64,000 nt of DNA from Candidatus Auribacterota bacterium (GTDB lineage: Bacteria > Auribacterota > JAFGBW01 > JAFGJP01), in the NCBI GenBank assembly GCA_023144635.1, contig JAGLFH010000010.1, forward strand, positions 161-64,160, read 5' to 3'. The notes beneath the pieces are model-generated. The model was not told the DNA's origin, did not search any database, and worked only from the letters and a program-made list of their open reading frames with translations. Made by a program: the position numbers and the translations under genes. Positions 58,301 to 64,000 of the stretch are shown here, one piece after another. The stretch's first letter is position 1; the number at the start of each line of letters is the position of its first letter.

Positions 58301-60033
58301 ACTACAGAATGAATAATAAAGCGTTCCTAAAGTACAAAAACAACGATTACTACATAAATTTCAAAATATCAACAACAAAAAATAATCTTGATAAGGACTT
58401 CCCACTAAAACTTTCAACAGTCCCTACAGGCTATAGCATTTTCCCTTGGAATTTAGTAGGTGGGGTGGGGCTATCTATAGAATCCTTTAGATCAAGAGGT
58501 GGTTTCCATGCATACAATGTAGAGGTGCTGCCTTTAGTTGACCTAAGAATGGATATAAATGGAATTGTGCCGCCTGGAGATGATGAAGATCAGAACCTTG
58601 AGGCAGAAAAACCTGGAGCCTTAATACCCTTAAATGATGATGATGATAATCCTGATCCAAATGCTGCAAGTCCCATCCCTGATAACACGGAAACAGAAAA
58701 GCAAGTGTCAGGCGAAAACGATCTTGTTCGTTGCCATATGGTATTAAGCAATTATATAAAAGATGGAACCGTAAAACTAAAACGAAAAAATAGTAAAGTA
58801 AATGTATGGATAGACAAAAACAAAGGAAGTAGTAATAAGCTTCTTGTTGATAAGGAAGAAAAAATATGGGATGTCGAAAAAGAAGATGAATATAAGGAAT
58901 TTATAGATTTAATGGACAAACTCTGGGTTGAAGGTTATGAAGTCTCCGAATTGTCCGGAGACACTGGTCTTGAACTTATTTATACACCCAAACAGTCCAC
59001 CAACGGAATAACAGAGATAAAAGACGAGATAATAATGACCGTCGTGAAGGTGGACATAAAAAGAAAAAAGGATGGTGAAGACGAATATAAAGAAATTGAT
59101 GATGGAAATAATAAAGTTTTACCTGGCGAATTAATTGATTTAAAAATAGAAATAGAACCGGAGTCTTTGGAAACTGATAATTTGGAAATTGATAACATTG
59201 AATGGAGTATACCCGGGAAAATCTTTAAGGACTATGTTGATGGTGAGATCATTAAACTAGATCAAGAAGATTTTAAAAATGAAATAGTTCAATTTTACTG
59301 GACAGATACAGGTGATGAACGTGAAATCACATGTTGCTTTGAAGTTAATGGTGTCAAATTTCAAGAGAAAAATAAACTTGATATAAAAAAACCTATTTGT
59401 GTAATGCATACTACTATTCATGGTGAAGCGTGTATTCGTAATATAGAGAACGAAACAGCTATAATAGGATTAAACATGCCAGATGGAAGCATCGCTGTTA
59501 TAGTAAATGGCAGACTTGAAAAACCAATAAATTTTACAGGACTTGTAAAAGTCCCTGAAGGTTTTAAAGAGGGAAAATGGAATTGGGTTCAGCTTATTAC
59601 TCCTCAGAGATTTTTTACAGAAGATGGTATTAATAAAAAATTTAGTTTAAACGGGATAAAAGTTTTGGATACAAAGTATCCATATGAGCCTTATAATGGT
59701 CTTTTTGCATTGAATAATTATTATTCTACAGGAAATCAGGATCAAATTGCAGGTGATGCACCTGATACAATTCTCAAGAGTAATATAAATAAAGCATCGG
59801 TAGAAAATGAGAGTTTTACTATGTACATTATGTTTTGTCCTGATGGAGATAATTCTAAATATGTTCCTTTAAAATCAGTATCATGGGGCTATAGTATTTC
59901 AGCACTAAAAGAGGATTCTGTTTGGAATGAAATTCCTGGTACAGCCCGTGAATGGGCTGTATCTTTTGTTGAAAATACAGATCATCCAACATGGAATAAT
60001 AATTTTAAAAATGGTGAATTTATTGAGTATTAA
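55339..60033 (+). CDS. Giant secreted surface/adhesin-like protein with thrombospondin type-3 (Ca-binding) repeats and Ig/Fn3-like modules
   Basis: TTG start after a GGAGG RBS. Signal peptide [17 protein letters not shown]. About 9 DxDxDGxxDxxE-type repeats ([36 protein letters not shown]...) at nt ~56400-56880. Fn3-like [10 protein letters not shown]...[14 protein letters not shown]. The C-terminal ~900 aa are unrecognised. Confidence 0.8.
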   Translation: MKKKKFKLLLLTLLFLFISPSGYAGTDGYDITITPSKDTYNIEETAVFEVTITKESNPANLKALDIVARFENDYIFPIGLKEGTENVLLFEIPIISKHNPVISTIDISSVIPSKLYNKTDIDSGEVSPILNVDPIESIITANFISGEQITGCGNHTLEVSARAPSMEQTFTIIIYHHNRKYMMELLKQAKDSGDTETVAKIKEYIKNDQQGSMWDWENPEETTDVYGDILTATNDIILTLGKEILAKNTVVSILGHVSKKAVSFSIDTIPPEINITVPSNGLGTTEDTVDVIGTVSEDTEKVTVNGITANLIVPNFDLPDLTLSEGDNIITVNAADFAGNTSEKAITVTKATSEPVDSDGDGLTDQEELSLGLDPENWNTDDDRIGDGEEIKLGCDPLKKDTDGDGVSDGDEVFDHGSDPTKTDTDEDGIPDKDEIEIYGSNPNSLDSDNDSIPDNEEITIHGTSPSSKDTDQDGLSDNDELNIHGTNPRKKDTDEDGAEDLQEIVFGSNPLVPDATDNVLPLTINFKDLIITTSANSIHMEFSTEENVKTHIVYGPQQFYSNSYIESAFSTQHQINLSGLNPDTFYHYYISLEREDGTFVNTFPRMIKTDLFIDDYTPPQITIIYPEDGITTCSAILNVVGTVDDVSANITVNGIKAVKLGTETWHVTVEVTSGWNNLNIVAEDIYGNTDSQLISIQYTTDPPAKITSSNIPDGITNNIPERFSGTWEGTDAKILINGKQCTVYTDGTWIGPENITDVQAEALGITEGSLEHLIINMEYTILHIEVSDDGSPVVKLSNTEGAGGGSSQKNEDLKVLKFQISPSGCTITNLYHDENYASRSVIPFWTPSPISPQDYSKSRATYSINPQYDPEDEASKRYNAVWAITQPEPKVVIKETNDIPYSYSDYYSCLLYRKASDEGNSFTPYLFPVTNKSDTNNFKIKFKNVTDTDLQDYEAVIVFRNCGFGGVNFGMHDGFHWPTYKALTSVHYRMNNKAFLKYKNNDYYINFKISTTKNNLDKDFPLKLSTVPTGYSIFPWNLVGGVGLSIESFRSRGGFHAYNVEVLPLVDLRMDINGIVPPGDDEDQNLEAEKPGALIPLNDDDDNPDPNAASPIPDNTETEKQVSGENDLVRCHMVLSNYIKDGTVKLKRKNSKVNVWIDKNKGSSNKLLVDKEEKIWDVEKEDEYKEFIDLMDKLWVEGYEVSELSGDTGLELIYTPKQSTNGITEIKDEIIMTVVKVDIKRKKDGEDEYKEIDDGNNKVLPGELIDLKIEIEPESLETDNLEIDNIEWSIPGKIFKDYVDGEIIKLDQEDFKNEIVQFYWTDTGDEREITCCFEVNGVKFQEKNKLDIKKPICVMHTTIHGEACIRNIENETAIIGLNMPDGSIAVIVNGRLEKPINFTGLVKVPEGFKEGKWNWVQLITPQRFFTEDGINKKFSLNGIKVLDTKYPYEPYNGLFALNNYYSTGNQDQIAGDAPDTILKSNINKASVENESFTMYIMFCPDGDNSKYVPLKSVSWGYSISALKEDSVWNEIPGTAREWAVSFVENTDHPTWNNNFKNGEFIEY

Positions 60034-60245
60034 GAAAGCACCCGAAGTCAGCATAATGTGGAAAGGGGATTCAACTCTTGTCCTGAGCAAAGTCGAAGGA
60101 GCGGCTAATAAAATAGCTTTTAGTTCTTAGTAAAACAACCACTCTGTGCTTTTCTCTGTGTACTCCGTGTCCTCTGTGGCTAGATTTATTTTCTGTGTCT
60201 TTTCTGTTTTTTTTATCCGTGTTAATCTGTGTGTATCTGTGGCAA

Positions 60246-60375
60246 GAAAACAGCTATAAGTCGTAAGCTGTAAGTTATAAGCAAGAAATCAAAAACCTCT
60301 TTTTTTCTTCGTGTCCCTTCGTGTTCTTAGTGGCTAGATATATAATGATCGCGCGTTAGCGCTCATTTAATTTTT
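60246..60375 (+). repeat. Composite intergenic repeat, copy 3; right direct repeat overlapping the true 3' end of the UDG gene
   Basis: Aligns with 54836-54962 and partly with 48741-48840. Positions 60356-60375 are the last codons (IKEKLNER*) of the minus-strand UDG gene. Confidence 0.75.
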
Positions 60376-61066
60376 CTTTGATCAGAAGCATGTCTTCCCA
60401 TGCTTCTTTTTTCTTAGATGCATTTCTAATAAGATATGCGGGATGAAAGGTAGGAATAAGAAGAGTGCCGTTAAAATCATAAAACTGTCCTCTTAACTTT
60501 GTTATTCCCTGTTTTGTATCAAGAAGCGCTTGAGTTGCAATGGAACCAAGAGTGCAAATGATTTTAGGTTTAATGAAATTAAGCTGTTTCATTAAATACT
60601 CTCTGCATTCCAATATTTCAGTAGGTAAGGGATTACGGTTGCCGGGAGGACGGCATTTAAGTATATTGCAGATATAGACATCGCTTCTTTTTAAACCGAG
60701 AGAACGTGACTTTTCTATCATCTCTGTTAGCAGTCTTCCGGCTTTTCCTACAAAAGGGCGTCCGGTTTCATCTTCATCTGCGCCCGGAGCTTCACCGACA
60801 AAGACAAGGTCAGCTGTTAAAGATCCTTCACCAAAGACAGTATTTTTTCTTGTATCAAAAAGAGAACATTTGGTACAGACCAATACTTTATTTTGTGTTT
60901 CCTCTATTATGTTAGAACTCTCATTTTTTGAAGGAGTAATAGGATCAGTTTTGCAAGCACCTTCTTTTTTATCATCAAAGTTTAAGATAAAGTTTATGCC
61001 TTTATTTCTTTCACTTCTAACATGATCTTCTAAAGTATGTATAATAGATTGTAATTTCTTTTTCAT
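60356..61066 (-). CDS. Uracil-DNA glycosylase, family 4
   Basis: GEGSLTADLVFVGEAPGADEDETGRPFVGKAGRLL and HPAYLIRN motifs typical of family 4 UDG. The ATG at 61066 (MKKKLQS) is preferred to the TTG at 61105. Confidence 0.85.
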   Translation of the reverse strand: MKKKLQSIIHTLEDHVRSERNKGINFILNFDDKKEGACKTDPITPSKNESSNIIEETQNKVLVCTKCSLFDTRKNTVFGEGSLTADLVFVGEAPGADEDETGRPFVGKAGRLLTEMIEKSRSLGLKRSDVYICNILKCRPPGNRNPLPTEILECREYLMKQLNFIKPKIICTLGSIATQALLDTKQGITKLRGQFYDFNGTLLIPTFHPAYLIRNASKKKEAWEDMLLIKEKLNER

Positions 61067-61197
61067 AATAAGCGGTATTTTAAAGTATCCTTTAAAAAAT
61101 ATCAAGAAAGTAGAATTTATTTATAAAAATCTGATGATCTCAACTCATACATATAGCCTGACTGACAGATACAATTTGATCGACAAGATACGCTTTT

Positions 61198-61331
61198 CCG
61201 CCCAAGGCGGACCAGCCTTTGGTTTGTATTTTCTAAATTCCTGCCTATCTTGCCGCGTGAGTCGCGTACCGCGACAATCACATGACCGCGTAAGGAGCGG
61301 AATGTGACTGCACGTGGCGCGGTCACGCGAT
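61198..61331. other. GC-rich block of nested and overlapping inverted repeats between divergent genes (possible leader or small RNA)
   Basis: Hairpins CCGCC-CAA-GGCGG (61198-210) and GTGAGTCGCG-TAC-CGCGAC-AA-TCAC (61257-81). ATCACATGACCGCG (61277-90) pairs with CGCGGTCACGCGAT (61318-31), which is perfect with G-U only on the minus strand. The last two structures share bases 61277-81. Confidence 0.35.
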
Positions 61332-61366
61332 TATCCTGTCAAAAACGATATTTTTTAGTAAAAGAT

Positions 61367-61396
61367 TTGGATTGATATGCTCATTTAAACTATAAT
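61367..61396 (+). promoter_or_regulatory. Possible sigma70-type promoter for the PAS histidine kinase gene
   Basis: TTGGAT (61367-72), 18-nt spacer, TATAAT (61391-96), 28 nt upstream of the ATG at 61424. Confidence 0.4.
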
Positions 61397-61423
61397 TACT
61401 CTAATAAAGGTAAATTTATTGAA

Positions 61424-62587
61424 ATGGAAAATAGAGATTCTAAATATTCATCCGGCATAACTGCTGAAAATATACTTTCATCACTTGAAGAGCTGCTCAT
61501 TGTACTAGACAAAGATGGCGAAGTTACATATGTGAACTCTTATTTTAAAAGAACGCTTGAATATACTGATGAAGATATCCTCGGGAAAAACCTGGGAGAG
61601 TTTTTCTCTCCTCTTCAAGATGACGGCCTTGAAGAAGAAAAAGAAGCAGAGCTTACTATAGACGGGATTGTAAAAAACTACAATGTAGGGATCATTACAA
61701 AAAATGGAAACATATTACCTTTTAATATTTCTCTTTCTATTATCATTAATGAAAGTGGTAAAAATGTGGGTATGACAGTAGTTGGTACCAGCATGGTAAA
61801 GATGATAGAGCTGTGGAAAAAGTTAAAAATAATGAATGATACTCTTGAGGCAAAGGTAAAAGAAAGGACATCTAAGTTAGAAGAAGCAAACGCAATGCTT
61901 AAAGATACTCAAGATAAATTTGTGCTTTCTGAAAAAATGTCTGCTATGAGTCTTTTAGCCGGCGGAATATCTCACGAAATAAGCAATCCGATAATGGCTA
62001 TTATCGGATATTCCGATATTTTGATTGATGATGCAAAAGATGAAGAGTCAAAAGAAAAACTTTTGCAGATAAAAGAATTCGGATTTAACTGTATGAACAT
62101 TATAAGTAAATTCTGTGATTTTGCAATGAGTCCTGGAAGCGAATTTGATGCAGTTAATCTTAATAAAATAATTGAAGATACCCTTGTTCTTGCACAAAAT
62201 AAGTTAAAGTATGATGTTGAAATAACAAAAGAGCTTGATGCTGATCTTCCTATTATAAAGGGGGAGGCTAATGAGCTTAGACATGTGATAATTAATGTTG
62301 TTTTAAATGCTAAAGATGCCATGCCTAAAGGTGGTAAATTACTAATAAGAACAGGTCGTGAATCAAAAAATATTTTTGTTTTAATTGAAGATACCGGTAA
62401 AGGTATCCCCGGTTCAATAATAGGAAAAATATTTGATACAGCTTTCACCACAAAAAAGGAAGGCGGTACAGGTCTTGGCCTTTCTGTTGCTTTTGAAATA
62501 ATCAAAGCTCATGACGGTAATATTGAGATTGAAAGCGAAGAGGGCGTTGGCACAAAAGTAAAAATAATTCTCCCGATACCAGAGTGA
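61424..62587 (+). CDS. Cytoplasmic PAS sensor histidine kinase
   Basis: PAS-like N-terminus, H-box GGISHEISNPIMAI, N box NVVLNAKDAM, G boxes EDTGKGI and GGTGLGLSV. Confidence 0.85.
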   Translation: MENRDSKYSSGITAENILSSLEELLIVLDKDGEVTYVNSYFKRTLEYTDEDILGKNLGEFFSPLQDDGLEEEKEAELTIDGIVKNYNVGIITKNGNILPFNISLSIIINESGKNVGMTVVGTSMVKMIELWKKLKIMNDTLEAKVKERTSKLEEANAMLKDTQDKFVLSEKMSAMSLLAGGISHEISNPIMAIIGYSDILIDDAKDEESKEKLLQIKEFGFNCMNIISKFCDFAMSPGSEFDAVNLNKIIEDTLVLAQNKLKYDVEITKELDADLPIIKGEANELRHVIINVVLNAKDAMPKGGKLLIRTGRESKNIFVLIEDTGKGIPGSIIGKIFDTAFTTKKEGGTGLGLSVAFEIIKAHDGNIEIESEEGVGTKVKIILPIPE

Positions 62588-62647
62588 ACTCGTGTTGCGT
62601 AGTGCGGTTAGCGTGAAAGGAACGCTTCGCTGATTATTTTATAATTA

Positions 62648-62720
62648 GCCACTGAGGACACCGAGAGCACAGAGGAAAAGAAAATTGGACGCAGATTTGC
62701 GCAGATAAAAAGGATCGAGA
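62648..62720. repeat. Dispersed intergenic repeat module (GCCACTGAGGACACCGAGAGCACAGAGG ... AATTGGACGCAGATTTGCGCAGATAAAAA)
   Basis: Second copy of the module at 45991-46045. It lies in a 690-bp non-coding stretch (62590-63280) made almost entirely of repeat modules. Confidence 0.7.
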
Positions 62721-63280
62721 GGTTTGGTTCTGGCTTAGAGCTTACTACTTATAGCGTATAACTATTTTTTTATTAGCACAAATAATCACAAAGATAAATG
62801 TTGTCATTCCTGCGGAAGCAAATATTTAATAGTTACCACGGATAAACACAGAGGAACACAGAAAAAAGCAAGAAATAAAGAGTAGGAATACTCCAAAAAC
62901 TAAATCAAAAATTCAAAACAAACCAGAGAATAGTAAATCCTAAATAAGAAACGAAAACAATGAAAAAGAGAACGTTTACTTTTATATAGATTCCTGCTTT
63001 TGTAGGAATGACGATGTTTAACAATTATTTTTTATTTAGAATTCTTTCTTGTCCTGAGCAAAGTCGAAGAAGCGGCTAACTTTCTTTTCTCTGTCTTTTT
63101 TGTCCGCGCCAATCCGTGTTTTTTCCGTGGTTAATTTACTATCATTCGCCGTAAGGCACATTAATTTCACATTTCAAATTTATTTTATCTTTTCGGATTT
63201 TTATTGAATTTTTTATATTTTGCCGAAGGCTCCATTCACGATCCACGAATCACGAAAACCGAACCACGATTTTTCTACGC

Positions 63281-63982
63281 TTACCAGGAGATAAATCTTT
63301 CAATTATTTTTTCAGGGGGAAGGACTTCGTCTGCAAGTTTAAGTTCGTTAATGCTTCTTGGCATTCCATATATTTCAGATGTCTCTTCATTTTGAGCTAT
63401 TATTTTTCCTCCTGCATTTTTTATTGCCTTTGCTCCTTGTGTTCCATCAATCCCCATACCAGTAAGAATAACACCAAGACACTGATCTTTAAATACTTCA
63501 GCAGCACTTATCATCGTAGGATTTATTGCAGGTTTCATTGAAAATATAGGCGGATCATCGTTAAAAATAAAAACAGGGTTATTTGATCTGTCTTTCTTAA
63601 AAACAGTATGATAACCACCCTTAGCTAAATAAACAGTTCTCTTTTTGATGACTTCATCAAATTCTGCTTCTTTTAAATTAAGACTGGATGAGTTTTTTAA
63701 ATGTGTTACCAGTGATTCAGAATAGCTAAATGGTATATGTTGAACTATTACAATAGCTGCGTTTATAAGCTTGCTTAAATTGCTTACAATATAAGAAAGA
63801 ACTTTAGGACCTCCTGCTGATGCCCCGATAACTATTATTTTTTTTGCAGTCTCCATTTTTTCTAATGTTTCGATATCTTCCTCAAGAAAGACTTTTTCCC
63901 GAGTTTCAATAATAGTGTTCACTTTCTTTGAATCAAGAAAATAATAGTTTTTTTTACCTTCAAAGCTTTTTAGAACCTGCAT
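63281..63982 (-). CDS. CheB-type protein-glutamate methylesterase domain protein (the 5' end may lie beyond the window)
   Basis: IIVIGASAGGPKVL, VQHIP, GMGIDGTQG methylesterase motifs. The reading frame stays open from 63982 to the window edge at 64000, so an N-terminal domain may be missing. Confidence 0.7.
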   Translation of the reverse strand: MQVLKSFEGKKNYYFLDSKKVNTIIETREKVFLEEDIETLEKMETAKKIIVIGASAGGPKVLSYIVSNLSKLINAAIVIVQHIPFSYSESLVTHLKNSSSLNLKEAEFDEVIKKRTVYLAKGGYHTVFKKDRSNNPVFIFNDDPPIFSMKPAINPTMISAAEVFKDQCLGVILTGMGIDGTQGAKAIKNAGGKIIAQNEETSEIYGMPRSINELKLADEVLPPEKIIERFISW

Positions 63983-64000
63983 TACAACATGTACAAGGGT

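Noticed and set aside
61117-61326. 69-aa minus-strand ORF upstream of the UDG gene
   Set aside because: It overlaps the GC-rich nested inverted repeats. An Arg/Ser/Val-rich product is typical of translated palindromes. I treat it as a possible RNA or DNA structural element instead.
1-64000. Alternative genetic code (for example UGA recoding) as an explanation for the long non-coding spacers
   Set aside because: Housekeeping ORFs are full-length under the standard code with normal stops. The long spacers are explained by repeat modules and regulatory RNAs.

Overview
AT-rich (about 30% GC by eye) chromosomal segment from a diderm bacterium (LptD, PilQ secretin, LPS sugar genes), probably an uncultivated lineage. 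I cannot assign taxonomy from sequence alone. Most of the window is housekeeping in conserved synteny: coaD; PSP1/RicT-metG-TatD; ROK kinase, three SDR sugar-nucleotide enzymes and lptD; a COG1579 Zn-ribbon gene plus rnhA; tRNA-Leu; a compact type IV pilus assembly and pilin cluster; aroA; maf; rplU-rpmA-obg-proB-proA-nadD. The window starts inside a large secreted 3x LamG plus coiled-coil protein gene on the minus strand. A minus-strand signalling operon encodes CheB, a REC-PAS kinase-like protein whose H-box His is replaced by Gln, a PAS histidine kinase and a CheY-like receiver. The unusual content is: (1) two paralogous ~260-nt structured RNA-like elements with compensatory helix changes that bracket rnhA, each starting at the stop codon of the upstream gene, and I cannot place them in a known family; (2) two near-identical promoter, c-di-GMP-I (GEMM-I) riboswitch and terminator modules, one driving a four-gene operon of secreted TPR-like and beta-repeat proteins, the other a 1564-aa thrombospondin-type-3-repeat surface protein; (3) an accessory stretch at about 47-60 kb built from cassette-like blocks separated by the same ~100-130-nt repeat, including a direct repeat that duplicates the 3' end of the uracil-DNA glycosylase gene and a GC-richer two-gene insert. 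Intergenic regions are full of short modular dispersed repeats that generate spurious ORFs. No CRISPR array, rRNA, transposase or integrase gene was seen.
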